A stretch of 64,000 bases of DNA from Candidatus Aldehydirespiratoraceae bacterium (GTDB taxonomy: Bacteria > Actinomycetota > Acidimicrobiia > Acidimicrobiales > Aldehydirespiratoraceae): positions 64,998 to 128,997 of the forward strand of contig OZ242337.1 of the NCBI GenBank assembly GCA_965208435.1. Direction: 5' to 3'. The notes beneath the pieces are model-generated. The model searched no databases. It had not been told where the DNA came from and worked only from the letters and a program-made list of their open reading frames with translations. Below are positions 1-8,879 of this stretch, piece after piece. Position numbers and translations under genes: made by a program. Position 1 is the first letter of the stretch. Each line of letters begins with the position of its first letter.

Positions 1-537
1 AAGGGAATGACGGTCGCCGAATATGTGCTGTTGGGCCGGACGGCACACCTGGGCTGGCTGGCGCACGAGTCGAAGTCCGACCGTCGGATAGTGTCTCGGG
101 TTCTGCAGCGCCTCGATATCACGGCTTTCGCCAGTCGCTTCGTGTCGACTCTGTCGGGTGGAGAGGCCCAGCAGGTTGTGGTCGCCCGTGCACTGGCCCA
201 GCAGTGCCCATTGTTGCTGCTCGACGAGCCAACCAGCGCCCTCGACTTGGGCCATCAAGTCTCGGTGCTGGAGTTGGTGGACGATCTGCGTCGCACCGAC
301 GGGCTCAGCGTGTTGTCTGCCATGCATGATCTGAGCGCGGCGGCCCGCTTCGCCGACCGTCTCATACTCATCGACCGCGGTCGGATCGTGGCCCAAGGCA
401 GCCCTGTTGAGGTACTGAATCCTGATCTGCTGTCGGAGGTGTACAGCACACCGCTCACCGTTCAATCAATCGACGACGAACTGGTGGTAATCCCCGCCCC
501 CCGCCGTCGGTCCCGATCCACAAAGGAGACTCCATGA
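1..537 (+). CDS. ABC transporter ATP-binding protein, FecE/BtuD-like (5' end outside window)
   Basis: Frame 1 is open from base 1. Contains the ABC signature LSGGEAQQ, Walker B LLLLDEPTSALD and H-loop SAMHDL. Lies directly upstream of cobalamin genes. Confidence 0.85.
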   Translation, partial: KGMTVAEYVLLGRTAHLGWLAHESKSDRRIVSRVLQRLDITAFASRFVSTLSGGEAQQVVVARALAQQCPLLLLDEPTSALDLGHQVSVLELVDDLRRTDGLSVLSAMHDLSAAARFADRLILIDRGRIVAQGSPVEVLNPDLLSEVYSTPLTVQSIDDELVVIPAPRRRSRSTKETP

Positions 538-1109
538 ACACTGAATCGGCTCCCCGGGACGAGCGGCCCTACGACCGCTCAGAACTCCGGTCGGCACCAT
601 CGTTGGTGATGGTCAACACCGGTCACGGCAAGGGCAAGTCAACTGCGGCCTTCGGTACGCTGATCCGGGCTGTGGCCCGAGGCTGGCCCACCGCAGTGGT
701 GCAGTTCCTCAAGAGCGGCGACTGGAATACAGGCGAGGAGAAGGTCTGCCGTGAACTCGGTGTGCAGTGGTTCTCCGCCGGCGACGGATTCACCTGGGAG
801 TCCGACGACCTCGACGAGACTCGGGCCAAGGCCGTGGCCGCCTGGAAGTTCTCGGCCGAACTGATCGCAGGGGGCGACTACCGGTTGGTGGTTCTCGACG
901 AGATCAGCTATGCCATGACCTGGGAGTGGATCGCCGCCGATGAGGTCGCTTCGGCGGTTACGTCCCGGCCCGAGCAGGTGAACGTGATCCTCACTGGCCG
1001 GGACATGGCCGACGAGGTGATCGAGGTGGCCGACACCGTGACGGAGATGGTCAAGGTCAAGCACGCATTCGACAGCCGAATCCGAGCCAAGAAGGGCCTT
1101 GACTATTGA
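534..1109 (+). CDS. cobO: cob(I)yrinic acid a,c-diamide adenosyltransferase (CobO/BtuR type)
   Basis: 191 aa. Contains the VNTGHGKGKSTAAFG P-loop-like segment and the DEISY / VILTGR blocks typical of CobA/CobO. ATGA overlap with the upstream stop. Confidence 0.9.
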   Translation: MNTESAPRDERPYDRSELRSAPSLVMVNTGHGKGKSTAAFGTLIRAVARGWPTAVVQFLKSGDWNTGEEKVCRELGVQWFSAGDGFTWESDDLDETRAKAVAAWKFSAELIAGGDYRLVVLDEISYAMTWEWIAADEVASAVTSRPEQVNVILTGRDMADEVIEVADTVTEMVKVKHAFDSRIRAKKGLDY

Positions 1110-1166
1110 CTCTGTTCGTGTCCGCGCCGGCCACGAGGCGACGAGAGGCCGGGTGATCAAGCGCTG

Positions 1167-1691
1167 ATGCTGATTTTCCTCACAGGCGGTGCCCGCAGCG
1201 GCAAGTCGACGACAGCGGTGAGGGCCGCGGCCAAACGACACACTCCGGTGACCGTCATTGCGACCGCCACTGCGGGAGACGCGGAGATGGCGCAACGCAT
1301 TGCCCGCCATCAAAGCGACCGGCCCGAACACTGGGCGCTGATAGAAGAACCGGTCGACCTGCTGGCGGCGGCGGCATCGGTAGACTCCGACCACACGATC
1401 ATCGTGGACTGCCTCGCGTTGTGGGCGAACAACAGGCTCACCGATGAGGCGGAGCAGGTTCTTGACGAGGCCCTTCAGCTCGCTGATCTGCTGGCCGCAC
1501 GCAGCGAGCGCGCATATGTCGTGAGCAACGAAGTGGGGTCCGGCATCGTCCCCGCGGATGACGTGACGAGGAGATTCCGAGATCTTCTCGGCAGCATCAA
1601 TCAACTTATGGCCGAGCGAGCCGACGCCGCATACCTGTGCGTCGCCGGCCGCCTGCTACCTCTTGAACAAAGCGCTGACTTCGATGTCTGA
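1167..1691 (+). CDS. cobU: adenosylcobinamide kinase / adenosylcobinamide-phosphate guanylyltransferase
   Basis: 174 aa with N-terminal P-loop GGARSGKS. Size and position between cobO and cobT fit CobU/CobP. Confidence 0.9.
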   Translation: MLIFLTGGARSGKSTTAVRAAAKRHTPVTVIATATAGDAEMAQRIARHQSDRPEHWALIEEPVDLLAAAASVDSDHTIIVDCLALWANNRLTDEAEQVLDEALQLADLLAARSERAYVVSNEVGSGIVPADDVTRRFRDLLGSINQLMAERADAAYLCVAGRLLPLEQSADFDV

Positions 1692-2694
1692 CTCCGAACT
1701 GAGCCGCCTGCTGGAGGGCTTGACCACCCCTGATGAAACAGCGGCAATGTCCGTCGGGATTCGTTCGGCGCATGTGCTACGACCGACGGGGGCCTTTGAG
1801 CGTCTTGACCGTGTCGCTGCTTGGCTGGCCGGTTGGCAGCGCACTGACAGGCCCGTCGTCGAACGCGCCCACGCGATCCTGTTCGCCGGAGACCATGGAG
1901 TTGCGGTCGAGGGAGTCAGTGCATACCCCGCAGACATCACCGCAGCGATGGTGGCGGCTCTCGCAGCAGGCAGAGCAACCGCTTCGGTCCTGGCAAGCCA
2001 GGTCGGCGCCACTCTCTCGGTCGTGGACGTGGCAGTCGGAGACCCGACCGGCAACATCCGGACGACCGATGCCCTGACCCCGCAGCGTTTCGATGCGGCC
2101 GCGCGGGCAGGCATTGAAGCCGTTGAAGCCTGCGACGGCGACCTTCTGGTTGTCGGTGAGATGGGGATCGGCAACACGACGCCCGCTGCCGCGGTAGCTG
2201 CGTCGCTGCTGGGGGGAACCGCGCTCGACTGGGTCGGACCGGGCACCGGCGTGTCTGGAGAGGCTCTGTTGAACAAGGCAAGGGTGGTACAGGATGCGCT
2301 CGAGCGCGTGGGTTCCGTGGATCCTCTCGAGGCCTTGCGGAGGCTCGGCGGTGCCGAGCTCGTTGCAATCGCCGCAGCAGTGATGACCGCTCGTCGAAGA
2401 CGGATTCCGGTGGTCCTCGACGGTTTCATCGCCACGGCTTCGGTGCTCCCCCTTGAGGCGGCGACACCTGGTGCGTTGGCCCATTGCATCGCGGGTCACC
2501 GGTCAGCGGAGCCGGGGCATATCCGCCTGCTCGAACATCTCAACCTTGATCCGCTGCTCGACTTGGACCTGCGACTCGGCGAAGGAACCGGAGCCCTTGC
2601 TGCTCTGCCTCTGATCCGGATGGCTGCTGCGGCAGTTGTGGAGGTGGCCACCTTCGAGGAATGGGCCGAGCACCCCGGAGTTCAACCCGCATGA
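1684..2694 (+). CDS. cobT: nicotinate-nucleotide--dimethylbenzimidazole phosphoribosyltransferase
   Basis: Contains the GEMGIGNTT motif and is CobT-like over its full length. Start is either 1663 or the ATG at 1684, which overlaps the cobU end. Confidence 0.9.
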   Translation: MSDSELSRLLEGLTTPDETAAMSVGIRSAHVLRPTGAFERLDRVAAWLAGWQRTDRPVVERAHAILFAGDHGVAVEGVSAYPADITAAMVAALAAGRATASVLASQVGATLSVVDVAVGDPTGNIRTTDALTPQRFDAAARAGIEAVEACDGDLLVVGEMGIGNTTPAAAVAASLLGGTALDWVGPGTGVSGEALLNKARVVQDALERVGSVDPLEALRRLGGAELVAIAAAVMTARRRRIPVVLDGFIATASVLPLEAATPGALAHCIAGHRSAEPGHIRLLEHLNLDPLLDLDLRLGEGTGALAALPLIRMAAAAVVEVATFEEWAEHPGVQPA

Positions 2695-2746
2695 ACATCC
2701 GACGATCGCTCCCGCTGATCCGCACGGCACCAACAGCGGTTGAGCT

Positions 2747-3490
2747 GTGAACGGCTTTCGATACGCCTGGGCCTTTCTGACTCGTCTCAGAGGAGGGCTC
2801 CATCCCGACGGTGACGACAAGATTGCGACAAGCGTCGTCTGGTTCCCGGTTGTCGGCATCGTTGTCGGAGCGATCACAGGAGCGGCCTATCTCGGCACGC
2901 TCGAGTTTGTTGACTCGTTCCTCGCGGCGCTGTTCGCGGTCGCTCTGGGCGCGATGCTCACAGGCGGATTTCACGAAGACGGGTTGGCCGACACCAGCGA
3001 CGCCCTGGGCGGATCAACCATGCAACGACGTCTGGAGATCATGCGCGACAGCCGCGTCGGCACTTTCGGTGCGCTGGCGCTGGTCATGGTGACCCTCGGC
3101 AAGGTCGGCGCTCTTGAAAGCCTCAGCGGCACCGACGGTTTGATTGCCCTGATCGCCGCGCACACGCTGGGGAGGACCGGGGCGCTGGCCCTGATGCTGG
3201 CCGGCACAAGGGCCCGACCAGCCGGTCTGGGTGCGGCCTACACCGAACATCTCCCGCGGCATTCGGTGGCATTGGTGGTGGTCGTCATTTTCGTCTCGAC
3301 CGCTCTGACCGGCGTGTCGGGACTGATGGCGACTGGCGCCGTCCTCGGAGTGGTGGTGCTGACAGCTGTGCTGGCCCACCGTCGTTTCGGCGGCTTGACC
3401 GGCGATGTCATGGGCGCCGCGGAACAACTCGGCGAGCTGGCCGTACTGATCGCTCTGTCCCGACTGTCCGAAGCTCCCGCTTGGTTCTAG
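2747..3490 (+). CDS. cobS: adenosylcobinamide-GDP ribazoletransferase (cobalamin synthase)
   Basis: 247-aa polytopic membrane protein. Has an FLTRL N-terminus and the HEDGLADTSDALG motif typical of CobS. GTG start. Confidence 0.85.
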   Translation: MNGFRYAWAFLTRLRGGLHPDGDDKIATSVVWFPVVGIVVGAITGAAYLGTLEFVDSFLAALFAVALGAMLTGGFHEDGLADTSDALGGSTMQRRLEIMRDSRVGTFGALALVMVTLGKVGALESLSGTDGLIALIAAHTLGRTGALALMLAGTRARPAGLGAAYTEHLPRHSVALVVVVIFVSTALTGVSGLMATGAVLGVVVLTAVLAHRRFGGLTGDVMGAAEQLGELAVLIALSRLSEAPAWF

Positions 3491-3525
3491 CTCCCGGTCG
3501 CCAACAGGATACCGTGGACGGACTT

Positions 3526-5343
3526 ATGCGGATCGCTGTGCTCGTCAAGCAGGTGCCTGCCATCGGGGAGATGGCGTTGGGTCCAGACGGAAGGCTGATT
3601 CGCTCAGGCACCGAATTGGAGATGAGCGCCTATTGTCGCCGGGCTGTGTCCAAAGCTGTCGAGCTCGCCTCACAGAGGTCCGACTGTTCCGTGACCGTGT
3701 TCACGTTGGGCCCGCCGAGCGCCGAGGACGTACTGCGCGAGGCGGTCGCCTGGGGGCTCGACCGAGGCGTGGAGACAGACGCCGTGCTGATCACCGACGA
3801 GGCGTTCGCGGGATCAGACACGCTTGCAACTGCTCGAGCGGTGGCGGCGGCGCTCGACAATGAGGGCCCTTTCGACATGGTGCTGTGCGGCAAGAACTCC
3901 GTTGATGCCGATACGGGCCAGGTGCCGCCGCAGATCGCTGAACTGCTCGACCTGCCCTTTGCCACCGCGGTCAAATCGCTCGAGCTCGACAATGGTCGCC
4001 TGGTCCTCGGATGTGAGCTCGACGACCAGTGGGTCGACTGCGAGATCACACTTCCTGCGGTGCTGTCGTGTGCTGAGCGGCTCTGCGAACCCAGCAAGGT
4101 CCCCCCACCCGACAGGGCGCTGGTACCAGCGGAGCGTATTCGTTTCGTGGACGCCGAAGCACTGGGCCCCGGTCCCTGGGGCCAAGCCGGGAGTCCCACC
4201 TGGGTCGGCAAGACCAGAATGCTGGCAGTGGACCGGGAGCGCTACGTCGAAGCAGGTCTGCCCTTAGCGGAACAGGTCCGCCGCGCCGTGCGCATAATCG
4301 CCCGAAAGGGGGGTTTCGACGCGTCCAAGAAGGCCACCGAGCCGAGGCTCGTCCGCTCCCCCGGAGGTCCAGGCGGGGTGGTGGCAGTCCTCGCTGAACC
4401 CGGACGCGACAAACTGCTGCGGGAGCTGCTCGGGGCCGCGGGCCTGTTGGCAGGTGAGATCAACGGTTCAACCGCCGTGGTGATCCCCGACAGTATGGGC
4501 AACTCATCTGTCGGCCCCGAAATCGATGCAGACTTCCTGGCGACCTACGGGACCGACCACATCGTCCGCCTCGCCGGAGCAGCGATCGAAGAAGACGTCG
4601 CCGCCGGCCTGGCAACTTGGGCGAGTGACCGGCAGCCTTGGGCGATATTGACGCCCGGCACCTCCACCGGCAGGGAGGTCGCTTCACGGGTGGCCGCCCA
4701 CCTCCAGACGGGGCTGGTCGGTGACGCCGTGGAGTTCGACGTGGAGAACGGGCGCCTCGTGGCCTGGAAATCAGCTTTCGGCGGACAGCTCATTGTTGCG
4801 GTCAACACCCGTACGCCGGTGCAGTTGGTGACGGTGCGCGCCGGTGTTCTGCCCGCGCCGGAAGGCCTTGCCCCCGGCGAGTTGAGAGTGCCCTCTGAAG
4901 AGGTCGTCGAGGTCGTCCCGAGGGGCCGGGTCCAGGTGACGAGCCGTCGCCGCGACGACGACATCGACATCCTGGCCGATGCCGCGTCGGTCATCGCGGT
5001 GGGCCAGGGAGTTGATCCTCTCGACTATCCGAAGCTCGATCCGCTGGCCAGGCTCCTCGATGCTGAACTGGGCTGCACCCGCAAAGTCACGGACAACGGC
5101 TGGATGCCCCACGCTCGCCAGATCGGAATAACGGGACGCAGTATCGCGCCGCGGCTGTTCGTCATGATCGGCGCCAGCGGCAAGTTCAACCACACAGTGG
5201 GCGTCCGCGGCGCCTCTTGCGTGCTGGCAATCACCAACGATCCGGACGCACCCGCTTGGGAGCACGCGGACGCCGGCATCGTCGGCGACTGGCAGGAAGT
5301 GCTTCCCCTGTTGGTCGCCGAGATTGAGAAACTCGGTGGGTGA
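3526..5343 (+). CDS. fused electron-transfer flavoprotein, EtfB-like N-half and EtfA-like C-half
   Basis: N-terminus MRIAVLVKQVP... is EtfB/FixA-like. The C-terminal FAD-binding part (IAVGQGV..., RQIGITGRSIAPRLFVMIGASGKFNH, AITNDPDAP) is EtfA/FixB-like. Both lie in one uninterrupted frame. I prefer the ATG at 3526, preceded by GGACGGA, over the TTG at 3481. Confidence 0.8.
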   Translation: MRIAVLVKQVPAIGEMALGPDGRLIRSGTELEMSAYCRRAVSKAVELASQRSDCSVTVFTLGPPSAEDVLREAVAWGLDRGVETDAVLITDEAFAGSDTLATARAVAAALDNEGPFDMVLCGKNSVDADTGQVPPQIAELLDLPFATAVKSLELDNGRLVLGCELDDQWVDCEITLPAVLSCAERLCEPSKVPPPDRALVPAERIRFVDAEALGPGPWGQAGSPTWVGKTRMLAVDRERYVEAGLPLAEQVRRAVRIIARKGGFDASKKATEPRLVRSPGGPGGVVAVLAEPGRDKLLRELLGAAGLLAGEINGSTAVVIPDSMGNSSVGPEIDADFLATYGTDHIVRLAGAAIEEDVAAGLATWASDRQPWAILTPGTSTGREVASRVAAHLQTGLVGDAVEFDVENGRLVAWKSAFGGQLIVAVNTRTPVQLVTVRAGVLPAPEGLAPGELRVPSEEVVEVVPRGRVQVTSRRRDDDIDILADAASVIAVGQGVDPLDYPKLDPLARLLDAELGCTRKVTDNGWMPHARQIGITGRSIAPRLFVMIGASGKFNHTVGVRGASCVLAITNDPDAPAWEHADAGIVGDWQEVLPLLVAEIEKLGG

Positions 5344-5368
5344 CGAGGACCAGATCTAGGCTGGCCGG

Positions 5369-5881
5369 GTGGACCGCGACACGGCGCTCAAGACACTGGG
5401 GCTGAAGCACGACGCGCACAAAGACGACATCTCGGCGGCCTACCGCAAACTGATTCGCAAGGCTCATCCGGATGTGGGCGGCGACACCGCTGTGGCTGCC
5501 AGGATCACCGAGGCCTACGCATGGCTGCAGCACTCCGCTCCGAGCGCGGTTCGCGCCCCCCGTACTCCGGAACCGGCTCCGGGTGACGAGCGGCTGGTGC
5601 TGCTGCTGCCTCCAGGAGACGTGTTCGCACGCCTGTGCGAGTTGGGCCAGAGACTGGGCGAACTGAGCTATCTGGACCCCCAAGCGGGGATCATGCAGGT
5701 GACCTTCACCGCCTTGAACTCTGCACCCTGCCAACTCATGGCCACAGTCGTCCCCGGTACCAGCCCCGAGGAATCCCAAGTCGAATTCACCCTCGAAGCC
5801 CTGACCAACGCTGTACCCCCGCCGATAGCGGCCGTCGTCAGCCACATGTTCGGCACAAGTCGATCTCGGGAGTCCCGGTGA
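5369..5881 (+). CDS. J-domain protein with uncharacterised C-terminal domain
   Basis: The N-terminal ~55 aa has the DnaJ-type helix II-HPD-helix III pattern (ISAAYRKLIRKAHPDVGGD). The rest matches no motif I recognise. Confidence 0.7.
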   Translation: MDRDTALKTLGLKHDAHKDDISAAYRKLIRKAHPDVGGDTAVAARITEAYAWLQHSAPSAVRAPRTPEPAPGDERLVLLLPPGDVFARLCELGQRLGELSYLDPQAGIMQVTFTALNSAPCQLMATVVPGTSPEESQVEFTLEALTNAVPPPIAAVVSHMFGTSRSRESR

Positions 5882-6076
5882 GGATCGTCGTCGACAGCGA
5901 CAGGTGCACAGGAAACGGCCGCTGCTACACGCTCGCGCCGGACGTCTGCGAACCCCGACGACGACGGCTACTGCCAAAAGCAGGTCTCCCCCGTTCCCCC
6001 GTCACTCAAAGAGAAGGCCCTGCTGGGTGCCGCCAACTGCCCTGAGGACGCCATCACCGTCATCGGTGACGACTGA
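5878..6076 (+). pseudogene. small [3Fe-4S]/[4Fe-4S] ferredoxin interrupted by a +1 frameshift
   Basis: GTG at 5878 (GTGA overlap with the J-protein stop) gives VRIVVDSDRCTGNGRCYTLAPDVCEP. After the C4 run at 5953-5956 the ferredoxin C-terminus DDDGYCQKQVSPVPPSLKEKALLGAANCPEDAITVIGDD continues in the next frame to the TGA at 6074-6076. Confidence 0.6.
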
Positions 6077-6140
6077 GCCGACACGAACCAGAGTCGGCAG
6101 TGTCGCGCGAGCCGTCTGAACGGCCGACTACCCTTGCGAG

Positions 6141-7475
6141 GTGACATTCAATCTCGAAGGAAGTCCGTACAGCCTCGAAGCAACCGGCGGTTGGATTGTC
6201 GAGGAAGTGACCAAACTGCATGAGCGTGTGAAACTGCTGCGCGATGAGGGTCAACTCGCTGACGAGACTCTCCGGGCATACTTCACCGACAAGCGCTTCG
6301 AGCAGATCGCAGAATCGAACGCTATCGAGGGCAGCACGCTGGACGTCGGTGAGACGCGACTCGCCGTGGATCGGGGAATCACCCTAACGGGGCATGACCC
6401 CTCCTACTTTGCGGACGCAATCAATCTCTCGAAAGCCTTGGATCGTCTCGTCGATCTGGCCCGTGACCCACGTCCAACAACCCTTGAACAGGTGAAGGAA
6501 CTGCATGCTCTAATCCTGGGTGCTCCCGGAGGATCAAGTCTCTTCCGCTCCACACCGGTGATCATCTCCGGGTCACCCCACGAACCTCCCGCTGACTGGG
6601 ACGGCGTCATGTCAGGGATGGAGGACTGGGAACGCTGGTCCGTGGACAATGCAGGAGCGTCGGCCCTCAAACGGGCAATCGTGTTGCATGCGTGGCTCAC
6701 TCACGTCCACCCTTTCACGGACGGAAACGGCCGCACGGCGCGGGCCATAATGAACCTTGAACTTGTCCGTGGCGGTTTTCCCAGCGTCATCATTCGTCGC
6801 GGGGACCGATTACGGTACTACGACGCTTTGGCGGAATCGGACGTTGGCGGCAATCTAGAACTCATCGCCGAGTTGATTCTCGGACGAGCAGAAGACGCGT
6901 TGCGAGATCTGGAACGGACCGCCACGCGCCATCAGGGTTACGACGCTCTGCAAGCAAAGCTGCGTCAGGCACAGGAGCGCCAAACCGCTATCTGGAACGA
7001 AGCAATCAGGCTTCTGTTCACGTTGCTCGAGGAGGCCCTTGATACTGCCGTAGGTGGTATGGGCGATGTCACGACACGCTGGTACGACGCAGAACTCTCA
7101 ACAGACGACTACGCCGCTTTGTCACAATCCGACTCTCGGGCCAATTCATGGTTGTTCCGCATCGATGTGGATGTTCCCGGTCTGCCAAATCGGCGATTTC
7201 TTGCCTGGACCGGCTACCGCAGCTATGACCTCAAACAATCGCACAACATCAGCGACGGCCCTTCAGTCTTCTGGTCGGTGCCGGATCCTGCTGGTAACCG
7301 TATGTGGTTCCAGGACGACAGACAGTCACCAGGGGTAGCCGAGTTGACATTGGAACTGCCCAATGTTGACCGTTGGCTCGCGCGCCTTCCCGATGGCGAG
7401 ACCAGAACGATGCTGCCCAGTGATGTTGCTAGGCGTGTCGCTACAGCGGTAGTTGAGACGACCGCTGTTTCTTGA
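6141..7475 (+). CDS. Fic-family protein (class II, N-terminal inhibitory helix) with extra C-terminal domain
   Basis: Canonical Fic motif HPFTDGNGRTARA (HxFx[D/E]GNGRxxR). Upstream SNAIEG matches the inhibitory (S/T)xxxE(G/N) motif. About 170 aa after the Fic core match nothing I recognise. Confidence 0.85.
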   Translation: MTFNLEGSPYSLEATGGWIVEEVTKLHERVKLLRDEGQLADETLRAYFTDKRFEQIAESNAIEGSTLDVGETRLAVDRGITLTGHDPSYFADAINLSKALDRLVDLARDPRPTTLEQVKELHALILGAPGGSSLFRSTPVIISGSPHEPPADWDGVMSGMEDWERWSVDNAGASALKRAIVLHAWLTHVHPFTDGNGRTARAIMNLELVRGGFPSVIIRRGDRLRYYDALAESDVGGNLELIAELILGRAEDALRDLERTATRHQGYDALQAKLRQAQERQTAIWNEAIRLLFTLLEEALDTAVGGMGDVTTRWYDAELSTDDYAALSQSDSRANSWLFRIDVDVPGLPNRRFLAWTGYRSYDLKQSHNISDGPSVFWSVPDPAGNRMWFQDDRQSPGVAELTLELPNVDRWLARLPDGETRTMLPSDVARRVATAVVETTAVS

Positions 7476-7524
7476 CTCAAAGCAACGAAGCGAAGACGGT
7501 TGATGCGTACGGCTAGGGTGCGGT

Positions 7525-7995
7525 ATGGGCAGTATGCGGTTCAACCACATGGAATTGACGCTTCCGCTGGGCACTCTGACCGAGGAGTTTCGAGCTGAGG
7601 TTCGGGAGTTCTACGGTGACGTCTCCGGGTGGACGGCAACAGACACCCAGATTCTCAAGCAAACGGGCCTGTTGTTGTCAACTGACGCCTCTACCAGTCA
7701 GTTCATTCTGTTGTTGGAGCATCGCCAGCCGATGATTCCCCCGCCGTTCGACCATCTCGGCGTGCTCTGCGACACGCGGGCCGAGGCGGACGCCGTGCTG
7801 GCCCGCTGCGAAGCCTGGCAGCAGAAGGACCCCCGGGTGGAGATCAAGCGCTACCAGGATCTGGTCACGCCCACGATCACGGTCCATGCCTTCTATGTAC
7901 GTCACCTGTTGCCGATCCATCTGGGCGTCCAGTGCATGGAGCGACCCTCCGGGGCGGCTGCGCCCTCCGGTCGTTGGGTCTGGGCGGAGGACTAG
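7525..7995 (+). CDS. hypothetical protein, possibly VOC/glyoxalase-fold
   Basis: 156-aa ORF. The FNHMELT...FDHLGV pattern is reminiscent of VOC-family half-sites. Weak call. Confidence 0.4.
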   Translation: MGSMRFNHMELTLPLGTLTEEFRAEVREFYGDVSGWTATDTQILKQTGLLLSTDASTSQFILLLEHRQPMIPPPFDHLGVLCDTRAEADAVLARCEAWQQKDPRVEIKRYQDLVTPTITVHAFYVRHLLPIHLGVQCMERPSGAAAPSGRWVWAED

Positions 7996-8125
7996 GCCGG
8001 TTCTGCAGCAGGTTGCCGCATACGTCGGTTGGCGGGCGGCATGACGACGGAGAGAAGCCGCGGCGCGAGCACTGAACCGATCTTGAGCAGCTCTCGGTCG
8101 AACCGGGACAAGAAGTCTGTCAGGT

Positions 8126-8386
8126 TGACCGGACCCCATTTTTGTCCACTTGTTATGAGAGTGTTTTCTGGTTGTTGTTCGCCCATTGGTCCGCGTATTG
8201 GGCTGGTGTGAGCATCCCGAGCGCGGAGTGGGGGCGGTATGTGTTGTAGTCGTTTCTCCAGTCGGCGACAAGTACTTGGGCCTCCAGGAGGCTGTCGAAC
8301 TGCTCGATTCGCCAAGAGTTCGTCGCGCATCCGGGCACCGTAGGACTCGACCCAGGGGTTCTGCCAGGGCGACCCGGTCGATATAG
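8126..8386 (-). mobile_element. 3'-terminal remnant of an IS3-family element (IS-C)
   Basis: The minus strand encodes ...GSPWQNPWVESYGARMRDELL then, after one frameshift, ...EQFDSLLEAQVLVADWRNDYNTYRPHSALGMLTPAQYA*, which is the IS3 OrfB C-terminus. The terminal sequence TGACCGGACCCCATTTTTGTCCACTTG ends at 8126. The element is truncated at about 8387. Confidence 0.7.
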
Positions 8387-8544
8387 ACGGACCCGAGATG
8401 CGCTCAGGCGACACCGCCAAATTCATGGCCATCTGCTCAATCGCCCAACACTTCGGACGACGGTCCACACCCACCGACCAAGCATGGATCGAGTTTCTGT
8501 TCAGCCACATCAAAAGCGAACACCCCCACCTCGAAACGCTCGAC
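8387..8544 (+). mobile_element. fragment 1 of an older copy (IS-A') of the IS at 9195-10749
   Basis: 158 bp colinear, without indels, with 10312-10469 of the intact copy. Encodes MRSGDTAKFMAICSIAQHFGR.STPTDQAWIE.LFSHIK.EHPHLETLD. Ends at the CGAC target duplication of IS-B. Confidence 0.8.
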
Positions 8545-8603
8545 TGTCGCGGGTCAAGGTTTTTGAGACAGGTCGTGGTTTGGTATTGACTTGAAGGAGG
8601 ATC

Positions 8604-8879
8604 TTGATGGGCCGTCAACCCGGGAAGTCGTTGGAGGGCAAGGCGAGGATCGTTTTGGCTGTGTTGCGGGGCGAGGTCACGATCGCGGAGGCGGCGCGCT
8701 GGGAGGGCGTGTCGGCGGTGTCTGTCTCGAAGTGGCGTGACCAGTTCCTAGCCGGCGGCCGGCAGGCGCTTGAGGCCGGCACCGGGCACGGGCCGTCTGA
8801 TCGCGAGCGGCGGCTGGCCGCGGAGGTCGAGCAGCTCAACGCTGCTTTGGGCGAGGCTCACATGGAGCTGCGGCTCTGA
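8604..8879 (+). CDS. IS-B transposase OrfA (HTH plus coiled-coil)
   Basis: 91 aa. AVLRGEVTIAEAARWEGVSAVSVSKWRDQF is an IS3 OrfA-type HTH. The stop abuts an A7G5 run. Confidence 0.75.
   Translation: MMGRQPGKSLEGKARIVLAVLRGEVTIAEAARWEGVSAVSVSKWRDQFLAGGRQALEAGTGHGPSDRERRLAAEVEQLNAALGEAHMELRL

Noticed and set aside
639-2499. Long antisense ORFs (639..1604 -, 1656..2489 -, 1777..2499 -) opposite cobO/cobU/cobT
   Set aside because: These are typical high-GC shadow ORFs. They are Arg/Ala/Pro/Ser-rich, have no recognisable motifs, and fully overlap genes with clear family signatures. The same reasoning applies to 18024..19172 +, 22507..23469 -, 24504..25391 -, 25334..26227 -, 35120..36346 +, 41192..42397 -, 42851..43609 -, 52168..53202 +, 59588..61048 + and 61851..63020 -.
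1-3500. Looked for a cobalamin riboswitch (B12 box) around the cob genes, and for tRNA, rRNA or CRISPR anywhere in the window
   Set aside because: The intergenic gaps here are under 60 bp, and I could not recognise a B12-box-like conserved core. No cloverleaf-like or rRNA-like segments were noticed. A covariance-model scan (Rfam, tRNAscan) would be needed for a firm negative.
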